Notes under the pieces: model-generated | Seen by the model: the letters and a program-made list of their open reading frames with translations, nothing else | Told to the model about the DNA's origin: nothing | The model's database searches: none | Program-made: the position numbers and the translations under genes | Shown here: one piece after another, positions 1 through 10,700 of the stretch | How the letters are laid out: each line of letters begins with the position of its first letter | Numbering within the stretch: position 1 is the stretch's first letter | Assembly: GCA_013416795.1 (NCBI GenBank) | Contig: RQSC01000025.1 | Coordinates: 183,979-247,978 of the forward strand | Reading direction: 5' to 3' | DNA length: 64,000 nucleotides | Source: Prasinococcaceae sp. CCMP 1430 | Taxonomy: Eukaryota; Plantae; Prasinodermophyta

Positions 1-181
1 GTGTGTGGCAAGAGCCAGCCGGTCGGACGCTGCTGGCGGGCGAATTGGCGCGCGGCGGTCGCGCTCGCCTCCCTGGCCGGCATCCCGCGCTCGGTCGGCG
101 GCCGCCCGCCGCGGAGGGAGGGAGGGAGGGAGGGAGGGAGGGTGGCCCCATCCCCATCCGCGGCGGGGTGCGCTCGCGCGN

Positions 182-810
182 GCGAGCGCAGCGTCGAGTT
201 CCCGTCCCTGCGCGAGCTGCGCATGGCAATCCCGAAGGCATGCTTCCAGCCGAGCACGGCGACGTCGCTCGCGTACGCCGCGTGCGACTTGTCGCTCCTG
301 GCGGCGTGCGCGCTCGTTGCACGGCCGTTTGCGCTGGCGCACCCGGCGCTGCTGCCCTTGTACTGGGCGGTGAGCGGCTTGGTCATGTGGATGGTGTTCG
401 TCATCGGGCACGACTGCGGCCACGGCTCGTTCTCGCGGAACCCCACGCTGAACGCGGTGGTGGGCCACCTGTGCCACACGCCACTCATGGTGCCCTTCTG
501 GCCGTGGGCGTACAGTCACAAGATGCACCATAAGTACCACAACCACCGTACGAGGGATATGAGCCACAAGTGGTGGACACGGGAGGAGTACGCCGACGTG
601 CACCCGCTCGTTCGCGCTCTGGCGCTGGACACGCCGCTCGGGATCGTGACGGCCTTTCCGGGGTACCTGCTGCTTGAGGGGAAGCGGTGTGGCACGGACG
701 GGAGCCACTTCTGGCCGGGAAGTAGGCTGTTTGACAGGGCTCCAAAGGAACGCAAGAAGTGCGCCGTGAGCTCGGCCCTGTGCGTGGCGTTCCTGGTGGG
801 CACTGCCTGG
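182..810 (+). pseudogene. Omega-3 (FAD7/FAD3-like) fatty acid desaturase, N-terminal two-thirds only
   Basis: His boxes HDCGH and HKMHH are present, plus GSHFWPGSRLF..PKERK. The third His box is absent. The segment begins at the single N (181) and runs in frame into an unrelated helicase, so it may be an assembly fragment rather than a true pseudogene. Confidence 0.8.
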
Positions 811-3525
811 GCGCCGACGGTGCCGGCCGAGCCGGTGCACGTCGCCTACGAGCGCTCCGACGGCACGCCCCTCGGCAAGAAACAGCTGGGCGCCGCCGCG
901 TGCAAGTGGCTCGCCGCCGGGGCCGCGAGCGCCGCGCGCGTCATCATCGCGGACTTCGAGCAGCGGGCGACCGCCCAGCGGCGCGCCGACGACGCCGACG
1001 ACGACGAGGGCGCGCGAACGAGCGCGCGCGCGGGCATGGTTGCGCCCGCGGGCGAGTCCGTGTACGCGCTCCTGCAGCGCTACCTCGAGGGCGAGCGCGT
1101 GCCCGCCGGAGCCGAGGATGCGTGTGCCAGGGCGCGCGCCAGCCTGCCGACGCTCACCGAGGCGCTGAACACGGCGCTGCTGAGCGCCGTTCGCGACCGC
1201 GCGGCGGAGCGCGGCGACGAAGATGGGCGCGGCGCGGACGGCGAGGCCACGCTGCAGGCCATCCGCAAGGCGATGCGCTCGTCGTCCGAGCACCGCACAT
1301 TCGCCACCGGCATCGCGGAGGAGCGCAAGGTCATCGAGGCGCGCAGGCTCGTGGCCGAGGCCGTGGCTGCGCGGTGCGACGAGCTCGTCGAGCTCAACTC
1401 GCTGGAGCGCGGCGCGCAGGAAGCCGAGCTCGAACTCGACCTGGCCGCGACGGTCTGCCGCGTGGACCGGCGCGACTTCGCGGGCGAGCCGACGCTCGTG
1501 CGCGCCGCCTCGGTGCGCAAGTCGGAGGGCCGTTGCGTGCTGACGCTCTGCTTCCCCGAGGGCACCTTCAGCGATGGCACGGAGGACACAGCTGACGCGA
1601 GCGTGCTCGAGGGGGCGAGCGCGGTCAGGCCGGTGCTGCGCAACGGGTCGAGCATCCGCCTGCGCGTGCTTGGCGAGTTCGAGGACGTGGCGGCTCGCAA
1701 CGCCGGCGTGCTGCGCGGCGAGGCCGCCATGGCGGCCGCGGAGGGAAAGTTGGTGCTGTCTGGCCGTGCGACGCGGGCCACGTCGGATCTTGTGGACGTG
1801 ACGCTTGACGAGGATTCGAGCGCCCCCGCCGCTGCCCTGGGCGGGGAGGAGGCGCTGTTTTCGACGGGCTTCGCGATGTTTGTGGGCCCGGACGTGCGCA
1901 CGTTCGAGCGCAACGCAGAGTACATTCAGACCCTCAAGGGGTTCTCCAAGGCCAAGCGCCTGCGCCAGCACCACGCCCGTGACGTTGTGCTCGCGGCCTT
2001 CGGCGAGGTCGGATCGCTGCCGGCGCCTGCCGGCGCGACCGGATCCGCGGAGGCGGGAAGCGACGGTGTCTCTGCGGCCGTCGAGTCTCGCGCGACGGAG
2101 GCCATCAAGAAGGCCGTCGGTGCCACGCAGCTCAACCCCGAGCAGTCGCTCGCGCTCGAGTCCGCTCTGGACCCAAACAGGCCCGTCACGGTCATCCAGG
2201 GCCCGCCGGGCACTGGCAAGTCGCAGGTGCTCGAGGCCGTCGTGCGCGCGGCTGTAGACAGGGGCCAACGCGTGCTGGTATGCGCACCGTCGAACGCGGC
2301 CGTCGACAACATGGTGGAGAGGCTCGCGCGAGCGCCCGCGGCGCAGGCGACGGCTGGCATCATGGACATCGTGCGCAGCGGGAACCCCGAGAGGGTGACC
2401 GCCGCTGCGCAGTCGTGCTTGCTTGCGGCGCGCGCCGTCGAGGCGGCGGAGGTCCCTCGGAGGGCCAAGCTCGCGCAGCTGGCGGAGATTCGCAGGCTGC
2501 TGGAGGCGAAGCGCTGGGAGAAGAGCGAGCTCATGGACCTCACCACGCGACAGCGCAAGCTGCGAAGGCAGGTCAAGGCGCTCGCGCGCGACACTGCCAG
2601 GCGCCTGGCGTCCAACGCGGATGTGGTCTGCTGCACGTGCACGGGGCTGGGCGAGGACGCGGTCATCTCCGCCGCGCCATTCGACCTTGTCGTGCTCGAC
2701 GAGGCCGCGCAGGCCACCGAGCCAAGCTCGTGGGGGCCGCTGCTCGCCGGCAAGCGGGCTGTCCTCGCTGGGGACGTACACCAGCTAGGCCCCACCGTTA
2801 TCAGCCCGGACGCCGGTGAGCGCGGGCTCAGCACAACGCTGATGGACCGGCTTTCGTCGGCGTACGGAGGCGCTCTGACCGTGACCCTGAAGGAGCAGTA
2901 CCGCATGCACAGTGCTATCAGCCAGTGGGCGGCGGACGCGACATACGGCGGTGAGCTGAGGGCGGCGGAAGGGGTGGCACAGTGGCTGCTGGCCGACCTG
3001 CCGGGCGTGCAAGCAACCGCTGCGACGCAGAGCCCCATCGCGCTCATTGACACCACCGGACAGGTCGGTGCAGAGGAGCGCCACGCGGATGGTGGAGGCT
3101 CGTTGTACAACCTAGGCGAGGCGTTTGCCGTTGAGACGCACGTTCGTGATCTGCTGGCGGCTGGCGTGACGCCCGCGTCCATTGCAGTGGTCTCGCCCTA
3201 CGCTGCACAGGTGGCGCTGCTGAAGAATGCCCTCTCGGAACTCGAAGTCGAGGTCGCCACCGTCGACGGATGGCAGGGGCGTGAAGCCGACGCCGTCGTG
3301 CTGTCGATGGTGCGCTCCAACGAGTACCATACGGTGGGCTTTCTGGCGGACGAGCGCCGATTGAACGTGGCCGCCACGCGCGCGCGCATGCACCTCGCGA
3401 TCGTGTGCGACGTGAGCACGGTGGGAGAGGACCCGTTCATCGCGGGGCTGCTGAGGGCCTGTCGGCTCTCGGGCGTGCAGATGCGCGCGACGCTGACCGC
3501 GGGCGATCCCGTGGACGCGGCATGA
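811..3525 (+). CDS. SF1 UPF1-like helicase, IGHMBP2/SMUBP-2 type; true 5' end not resolved
   Basis: Walker A QGPPGTGKS, CAPSNAAVDN, DEAAQ, GDVHQLGP, QYRM, TVDGWQGRE, RRLNVAATRAR. Confidence 0.9.
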   Translation, partial: APTVPAEPVHVAYERSDGTPLGKKQLGAAACKWLAAGAASAARVIIADFEQRATAQRRADDADDDEGARTSARAGMVAPAGESVYALLQRYLEGERVPAGAEDACARARASLPTLTEALNTALLSAVRDRAAERGDEDGRGADGEATLQAIRKAMRSSSEHRTFATGIAEERKVIEARRLVAEAVAARCDELVELNSLERGAQEAELELDLAATVCRVDRRDFAGEPTLVRAASVRKSEGRCVLTLCFPEGTFSDGTEDTADASVLEGASAVRPVLRNGSSIRLRVLGEFEDVAARNAGVLRGEAAMAAAEGKLVLSGRATRATSDLVDVTLDEDSSAPAAALGGEEALFSTGFAMFVGPDVRTFERNAEYIQTLKGFSKAKRLRQHHARDVVLAAFGEVGSLPAPAGATGSAEAGSDGVSAAVESRATEAIKKAVGATQLNPEQSLALESALDPNRPVTVIQGPPGTGKSQVLEAVVRAAVDRGQRVLVCAPSNAAVDNMVERLARAPAAQATAGIMDIVRSGNPERVTAAAQSCLLAARAVEAAEVPRRAKLAQLAEIRRLLEAKRWEKSELMDLTTRQRKLRRQVKALARDTARRLASNADVVCCTCTGLGEDAVISAAPFDLVVLDEAAQATEPSSWGPLLAGKRAVLAGDVHQLGPTVISPDAGERGLSTTLMDRLSSAYGGALTVTLKEQYRMHSAISQWAADATYGGELRAAEGVAQWLLADLPGVQATAATQSPIALIDTTGQVGAEERHADGGGSLYNLGEAFAVETHVRDLLAAGVTPASIAVVSPYAAQVALLKNALSELEVEVATVDGWQGREADAVVLSMVRSNEYHTVGFLADERRLNVAATRARMHLAIVCDVSTVGEDPFIAGLLRACRLSGVQMRATLTAGDPVDAA

Positions 3526-3881
3526 CCGCTTGCAATCGCTCGCGCGACTGACCTGTTCGCGGCAGCGTGCTTTGCGGTCTCTGGTGTGATCGTCGAAAGC
3601 ACATGCAGTGGCGGCCAGAAAAAAGTAACATGTCAATTTGTACATGCGCACACGCAGGCGCGCGAGCCGCGTGCAGAAATCACGATATTGATGTGTTTGT
3701 TTGCGAACCCTGCGCGCGCAAGGGGTGGCTAGCTAGAGGGTGCCACCAGACGGCCAGGACCGCTGTGTGTATGTGGTGGTAGGGTGTGGTGAGTGGGAGA
3801 GGGGAGGGGGGGGTCGCCTGTCTCGGGGAGCGAGCCGCCGAGCCCCCTCGGCTCGGATTTTTTTGGCGTCCGTCGATCAGT

Positions 3882-4724
3882 CTATGAGAAAAAGAGCGCA
3901 ATGGACTCCGCCGCAATGATCACGTACGGCAGGATGAAAGTCATCCATTCGCCTACGGGTGTGACGCGCGCCGTGTGGGAAGTGCGATTGACGGACGTTG
4001 CCATTGCTGTCACCGTGTTGTTGTCGACGACTGTTGCTCCGGCCGAATGGCAGCTGACGGTCACGGCCCCGAGGTCGTCTACGCCACACACAGCCGCCCC
4101 ACCCGCGCATGGCGCCCAGTGTAGCTCACGCGGCGTCGGCATACAACTCGCAGGCAAACAGGTGACCTCCACCCTGAACGCTGGCCGCTGGCCGTCGCGG
4201 TCGCCCGCGCTTTTGCCCGCGGCCCCGCACGCGGTGAGCACGTTCGTGCTGGGGATCCCGAAATTGGCCGTCGCGAGAGGTGACAGTCGTGTCGTCACGC
4301 CAACGTAATCCTCATTCGACCTCTCACTATCGCTCCACGCCGGGCCATAGACGGCCGCAGTGCACACGCAAGCGCGCACGGCGGCCAACTGATGCTCTGC
4401 TGCCGCAAGGTTTTCAGCGCCCCCTGTGCCTGCGTTCTGCTGGGTTGCAGCGCTCGCTCGGGCGCTGTCGCAGTCGACGGAGCTGCCATTGCAGGTGGCG
4501 ACGCTGAGCGACGGCATCAGTGCCAGCCCGCCCATGGATAGGTCGTCTGCAGCGCAGCCCGCCACCGCCAACGAATCTGTGCGCTGGCGCGACCCTACAC
4601 GCGCTGCGCCCGCATTGGCGGCGGCGAGGTCGCACGCCGCCAGCACGACTATTGCGCATGCAACGGTAGCGTGCCAACGTCCACGCAGTGGTGGAGCGAT
4701 GCGGGCTCGCGCCGGCAAGAGCAT
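3882..4724 (-). CDS. Hypothetical Cys-rich secreted or membrane-anchored protein (280 aa)
   Basis: ATG at 4724, hydrophobic signal-like stretch (ATVACAIVVLAAC), many Cys, and a C-terminal hydrophobic tail (WMTFILPYVIIAAESIALFFS). Confidence 0.5.
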   Translation of the reverse strand: MLLPARARIAPPLRGRWHATVACAIVVLAACDLAAANAGAARVGSRQRTDSLAVAGCAADDLSMGGLALMPSLSVATCNGSSVDCDSARASAATQQNAGTGGAENLAAAEHQLAAVRACVCTAAVYGPAWSDSERSNEDYVGVTTRLSPLATANFGIPSTNVLTACGAAGKSAGDRDGQRPAFRVEVTCLPASCMPTPRELHWAPCAGGAAVCGVDDLGAVTVSCHSAGATVVDNNTVTAMATSVNRTSHTARVTPVGEWMTFILPYVIIAAESIALFFS

Positions 4725-5026
4725 CGCCGCCTTTGCTGGCCGATGCGCGCTTCGACGGGCGTCCGGGCGCGCCTCTCAGCTGCGATGCCCCCGAGATCCC
4801 GCGCCCCTAGCCAGCGCGTTGCCGCCGCGCGCCCCGCGCTGTGCGCGCTGTGGCCGGCAGCGGCGTGCGCATGACATGAAATGTGCCGCCAAAACGCATG
4901 CCCCATGGCATTTTAACCTATTTTTTTGAAATGCGTTCCCGCCGTCGCCGTCGCGCCGCCGCGATGCGCGCTCTCGTGTCCGCAGTGCACGTGGGCGCTC
5001 CGCCACCACTCCCTCAACGACTAACT

Positions 5027-7441
5027 CTACTGCGCGTGTCCGCCGTGGCCTCCGCCCTGTCCGTCGACGCTAGCAGCAACGATCGGCGCTACGTGCGCCC
5101 CGGCGGCGAGCAGAAGGTCGGCCGGCGTGATCTCCACGTGTGCGTCGACCGACCCCCCGCCCGTGAAGACAGTCTCTTGTGACGCCGCCACCGACTCCGA
5201 CATGAGCACGGTGAGCTGCACACTCTCGGGCATCCTCCTCAAGCCGACAGCAGGCACAGAGCCCGGCACGTAGCCGAAGAGCGAGCCACACTCCTCGGGC
5301 GTGCACAGGCGCAGCGACTTGCGAGCGACGCCAAGCCGCTCCGCCACCACGGCGAGCGCAGCGCGCTCGGACCCACTCAGGAGTAGCAAGCACGCCATGG
5401 CGATCCTCCACTCGTTCCCAGCGGCAGCGTCCTCCACGACGCACGCAATGCTCTTGACCATCCGCGCGCACGGCACGCCCAGCGACGCCGCCACTTCATT
5501 CATCGAGCCCGCTCCACTCGGCGAGCGCGTGATTACGAAGCGTTCTGCCGGCAGCGCCGCACACATGGCTGCCCGTACCGCCGCCTCGCCATCCCCAGGG
5601 CTAAAAGGCGGCGAGGGCGCCCCTTCCACGTCTGCTCCGCGCCACGGCGGACGCGACGCGTCGTACGGTGCCACCGAAGAGGCCATCACATGCTCTGAGG
5701 CAGCGTGCACTGCTTCGGCGCCGTGCTCTGCACACAGCGCGTCCCAGAGGCGCACACAGCAGTGCGCGTCGTTGCTCGCGTACAGAACCTGGCGCTCGCA
5801 CAGCGGGCGCGCCTCCCAGTTGCTGCACGTAACACTCTTGTCCAACGGTTTTCCTAGCACGACCTTGCACAATCCTGCGAGACCACCGGGTGCGCGCTGT
5901 CCGGTGAGCTGCGAGTGCACAGCTCCGACGTCCACCACACCGCGCACCTCATGAAAGGCACGAAGCGCATACGATGAGCGGAGTTTCTTGAAGTCCCCGA
6001 TGACTGCGTACCCCAGCTTGTTCAGTTTGGCGGACGCCATCAACGGATACAAGCCCGCGTCCAGAGCGCGCAGCGCCTCCTCTTGGGCGCGCAACGCGAC
6101 CATGTCAAATAGATAAGCTCTCCGAGCGCATGAAATCTGCAGCAATGCCACAGGCCGCGAACCACCTTTCTTGCTCGTGGTTGGTCGCCACTCGCTGTCG
6201 AGCCCGATAATCTCGGCCGTGCGGAGCCACTCGCAGGCCTCCAGCACGCCGCTCTCGTCGGTAACCAGCCGCACATGTTCTCGTGGGATTCCAAGCTCAA
6301 GGAAGGAGTCGCGCATCCTAGTTGAATTTTCCGCGTCACTGAATGTCACGTCGAAGCCGAATCTTGCTTGCAGGAGCGCGGCCTCGCCCGCGTCACCCGC
6401 TGCCGCTCTGAGCTCCACAACGAGTCTCTGCAATTCAGTGTCCTCGCCAGCTCGTTCCACGGCGATCTCCCAGCGCCCTTTAGAGGCCAGTTTCGTGATT
6501 GTCTGTCGCCCATAGAGCAATCTCGCCTGCGGGTAGCTCGAAGACAGCCCGAACGTGCCGCAGCACCGGTGTGCTTGTTTGTACAGCTCTCGATCGATGA
6601 GCGTGCGCACCAGGTGATGCCTCGCATCCGAGTCCAGGTGCCTTGCAAAAGACTCCGCCAGATCCATCGCGTCGTGCTCCACCAGGCGATCGAGCGTGCT
6701 GAGTTGCGCGAATGCCTCCAACTCGAAAGTGAGCGCGAGCGAGCAGGCAGGCGTTGCTGTCTTCCGAGCGCTCACCAACCGAGCGGCGAAGGCCGCGACA
6801 ACGTCCGCGCCGGTCTCGCTGCTGTGCTCAACCAAGTCCTCCCGTGTCAGCCCAACCACATGGGCAACGCGCGCGACTGCGCGCGGCTCCAGGGCCCTGC
6901 CGCCGCTGCCACCAGTCCCATCGCCGCCGCAACTGCCTAGGTTGATTGCTGCCGCGGCCGCCACCATGCGTGCGGCCCGACTGCGCGCGGCCTCGCATGC
7001 AACGTGCGGCGCCTGACGTGTCGCGGCGAAGGCTCGCCTCGGCCGGTCGGTGGCGCACGTACGCTCCACCGTCTCGAGCAAACAGTGCACGAGCGGGCCG
7101 CCCACGACGCCCTCCCGCACGAACACCTCGACGACTGCCAACAGCTCGTCCGCCACGCTGCCACCACCGCCTCCCTGCGCCGCCTCTGCGCCGGCACACA
7201 GCGCGGTGGCGAGCGCCGCGAAGGTCGCCCCTTCAGTGTGCCGCGCACGTACCTCGGCCGCAAGCGCGTCTGCTCCACCGCCGACCCGCAACGGCGCCTC
7301 GAGGGTGACTCCGCGCCGCGGCATGCCCGGCCCTGCGCTGCCAGACCTCCACACGGGGCGCGAGCCGCGCCGCCGCGAGCCGCCGCGCGCGACGGTCGCG
7401 GCGCGGTGCACGGCCGCCGCCGCGCGGAGCGGCGCGCTCAC
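5027..7441 (-). CDS. EXD3/Mut-7-like DEDDy 3'-5' exonuclease with C-terminal YbaK-like (tRNA-editing) domain
   Basis: IIGLDSEWRP, ALLQIS, LGKPLDKS..CSNWEARPL..RQVLYASNDA. The C-terminus reads VAASLGV...MVKSI...FGYVPGSVPAVG...VFTGGGS..AHVEITPADL. Start codon uncertain. Confidence 0.85.
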   Translation of the reverse strand: MSAPLRAAAAVHRAATVARGGSRRRGSRPVWRSGSAGPGMPRRGVTLEAPLRVGGGADALAAEVRARHTEGATFAALATALCAGAEAAQGGGGGSVADELLAVVEVFVREGVVGGPLVHCLLETVERTCATDRPRRAFAATRQAPHVACEAARSRAARMVAAAAAINLGSCGGDGTGGSGGRALEPRAVARVAHVVGLTREDLVEHSSETGADVVAAFAARLVSARKTATPACSLALTFELEAFAQLSTLDRLVEHDAMDLAESFARHLDSDARHHLVRTLIDRELYKQAHRCCGTFGLSSSYPQARLLYGRQTITKLASKGRWEIAVERAGEDTELQRLVVELRAAAGDAGEAALLQARFGFDVTFSDAENSTRMRDSFLELGIPREHVRLVTDESGVLEACEWLRTAEIIGLDSEWRPTTSKKGGSRPVALLQISCARRAYLFDMVALRAQEEALRALDAGLYPLMASAKLNKLGYAVIGDFKKLRSSYALRAFHEVRGVVDVGAVHSQLTGQRAPGGLAGLCKVVLGKPLDKSVTCSNWEARPLCERQVLYASNDAHCCVRLWDALCAEHGAEAVHAASEHVMASSVAPYDASRPPWRGADVEGAPSPPFSPGDGEAAVRAAMCAALPAERFVITRSPSGAGSMNEVAASLGVPCARMVKSIACVVEDAAAGNEWRIAMACLLLLSGSERAALAVVAERLGVARKSLRLCTPEECGSLFGYVPGSVPAVGLRRMPESVQLTVLMSESVAASQETVFTGGGSVDAHVEITPADLLLAAGAHVAPIVAASVDGQGGGHGGHAQ

Positions 7442-7732
7442 CGCGTGACCCGTGGGTAGCGTGGGTGCTGGCGGCGGGCGCCGCCGCAGCCAAGGGGTGC
7501 GTTGTCGTCGTGCAGGGTGCGCTACGCCCCCGGTGACGGCACGCTGCGGTGTGGCGCGCCTCGCTCCCGCCGCGCACAGGAGCTCTGGGTCCCCTCGCAG
7601 CGTGCGTCAATCCTCGCGTGCGCTGGCTGCTTTGGAACCACACGGCGCACGGCGAGCGCCCCCGCCTGGGCAGGCAGGCGGGGGCGGGGCAGGGGTAGCT
7701 GAGGACGGGGTCCCGGAGCGGGACCCGTCGCG

Positions 7733-10700
7733 ATGGCGGCAGCGGAGCCCGATGCGCAGCTGTGCGCGATGCTCGACGCTACCTTCTCGGCAGATGCGCC
7801 CACACGCACGGCGGCGGGGCGCGGCGTCGAGGAGCTCACGGCGCGGCCAGGCGCAGCGGCGGCTCTCGCCACCGTCGCGTCCGCCGGCACGAGCTGGGCG
7901 CACGCGGGCGACGCAACACGCCAGCTGGCCGCGTGTGTCCTGCGACAGCTCGTGACGAAGCGCTGGGAGGAGCTGGCGCAGGATGAGCGCGACGAGGTGC
8001 AGCGGCTGCTCCCACTCGCCCTCGGCGACCCGGTCGGGGTTGTGCGCACTGCCGCGGCCGCCGCTGTGTCGACAATCGCCGACTGTACCGGCGTCGGCGC
8101 GTACGATGCCGCAAACGCCTGCGCCCGCGACGGCGGCGGCGGCTGGCCTACGCTGCTGCCAGGCCTTCACCAGGCAATCGTGGCGGGCGCTGCGGCGCCG
8201 GCAGGTTCTCCGCAGGCATACCTCGGCAGCGGCGCGATGCGCTGCCTGGAGATGCTGGCAGAAGACTTGCGCGGGCCCGCGCTGCTCTCGGCCACGGCTC
8301 AGCTGATGCCGCCACTGCTAAATGCGCTCGGCGCCGGCGCCCGTGCATGCACACCGCTCACGGCAGATGCGCTCAGTTTCGTCGCTGAGGCTGTCGCGGG
8401 TCTGGCAATGTCTGAGGGAGGAGCACAGGGCCGGGCAACCGCGCGGCAACTGAAGACGCTGCTACCCGGCTGGCTCGCAGCCGCAGCCGGGCTCATCTCA
8501 GAGTGCACCGCCAGCGTGGATGCGCTCGTGCGCGCCTACAATGGTCGGGCCGCCGACAGCGGCGGCGCGGACGCGGCGGTGCTGCGCTGCCTCTGCGCGC
8601 GAAAGGCGCTCCGTCTAACTCAGGCATCCCTTACTGGCTTCGGCAAGTACGTGCAGGGCGAGCTCGCAGCACCGCTACAGGCAGGATGGTCTCTACTCAT
8701 GCGCGCGCGCGGCGCGTACGCCGCAGCTTTCGCCCATGGCTGCGATGGCCGGGCTTTGGACGCAAGGCGCGTGCAGGAGGGCCTGGAAGCGATGCTGTCG
8801 CAACTGCTCGAGTTGTTGATATCGGTGGTGGAGCACCCGCGCTTCGCCGACAGCCTGGAAGATGCGGTGGGCGAACTCGCGCCATGTGCGGTGCTCTACA
8901 TGCGCATGACGCGCGACCAGCAGGACGAGTGGGCTGCAGACGCCAATCAGTACGTGGCGGATGAGGACGACTTTGCATGCTCAGTTCGCGACGGCGCGAC
9001 AATGCTCGCAGAGGAGCTGTGTGAGGTGTACGGGGAGACAGCTATGCGCGCTCTGGGTGCGGCGGTGTGGGGGGAGCTGGGCGCGGCCGACGCGGCGCGC
9101 ACCGCAGGCGATGCGCATTGGTGGCGCGGCGTCGAGGCAGCGCTGTACGCGGCGGGTCGGATCTGCCACCAGGTGCAGGGAACACAACATGAAGGAGCAG
9201 ATGGTGCTCTGCAGGTGCGCGACGCGATGTGTGCTGCACGCTTCTGCCGACCGACGTGCGCGCGCGCATCGCGACAGGCGCTGACGTGCGTGCACCACGC
9301 GCGCGCGCCGCAGCTACCGAGGCTAGTAGAGGTATGCTGCTCGCTGCTTGCGGGCGCCGGCGTGAATGTTGGCGCGGACAGCGAGGAGCTATGCTTCGTT
9401 CGTGGCCGAGCGATGTGGATGTGCTCTCGCTACGCCTCCAGCCTGTCTCCCGATGCCGCTAAGGATGTCACACAGCGGGCAGCGGCCGCTCTCTGCTCGG
9501 ACGGCTCGCCGATGCCGCTCCGCGTGTGTGCCTGCCGCGCGATTGCTGCGCTCGCGCGCCGAGCGAAAGAGGAGGAGACCAGCGGCGTTGCGGGGAGCAA
9601 GGCGGTGCTGGTGGCAAGTCTGCCAGCGGTGTACGCCGGCGCGTGCGCAATGGCGCAGCAGGTGGACGAGGACACACTGCACTTGGTGCTGGAGCTCTTC
9701 AGCTCAGTCATCAAGCTCGACGCGCACGCCGCGGCTGCCGCGGCAGGAATGGTGGCACCGCTCGCGCTGGCGGTGTGGCAGGCCAACTACAATGACCCGC
9801 TCATCGCCGAGGACGCCTCTGAGGTCCTGCAGGAATTAGTAGGCACCGCTGAGCACGCCGCAGCTGCTGTGCTCTCCCGTGCGGTGCCTGGCATTCGCTC
9901 GATGCTCACAAGTGGCAGCGCGAGCGCGAGTGGCAGCGAGGAAACTGGCATGCTCGAGGCGTCCCTGCACTTGCTTGCGTCCATTACTCGGCGGGCGCCG
10001 CCAGCCGCGGCGCGGGCAGCGTACGAGGAGCTAGCACCGGCGACTCTTGCGTGCGTGAGCAACGATGCGGACAGCGGCGTTGTCCAAGGCGCCTGCCAGG
10101 CGCTGCGCGCCTTCGTGCACGCTGCGGGCTCTGCGCAGGAACTTGCCGCATGGGCTGGTGGCGCTGCCATGCAGCACATGATCGAGTGCGCGTCCAGGTT
10201 GCTCGCGACTGGTGCGAGCGCCATGAGCGACAGGTCCATCATGTTCTCGGGAGGATTTTTGCGCACGCTGCTGGCGCGGCTGCCGGCAGGTGCCGAGGCA
10301 GACGGCGTGTCGTGCGCGATCGCGGTGGGATCCGCGCAGCGACTGGTCGCACAGGACGCCATGCCAGCGCTCAAGCCGACGCTTGCGCTGGTGCTCGCCC
10401 GCTGCGCACAGCTGCGTTCGGCCACGGACGTTCTACACGCACTCGGAGCGGGCGTGGGGCCCGCCATCGAGGCGTGGTGCGAGGCGCACGCAGAGGTGCA
10501 GGGCGCGTACGAGGTGCGCCTGTCGCTGCACGGCCTGCTGGCTTTGCTCGCCACGTGCAGTCCCGTCCTGCTTTCCACAGTGGTCAGAGGCGAGCCGACC
10601 GACAGTAGCGGTGGGGGCATGCTCACGCGCTCCCAGGTGGCGAAGGGCGGTCCGCAGCAATATACGCAGGTGCCAATGGGCGCCAAGATTCTCGGCGTGC

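Noticed and set aside
110-142. (GGAG)n / (CCCT)n microsatellites here and near 28750 and 42640, plus a poly-C run at 38700
   Set aside because: Common low-complexity tracts in introns and UTRs of GC-rich genomes, with no added structure.
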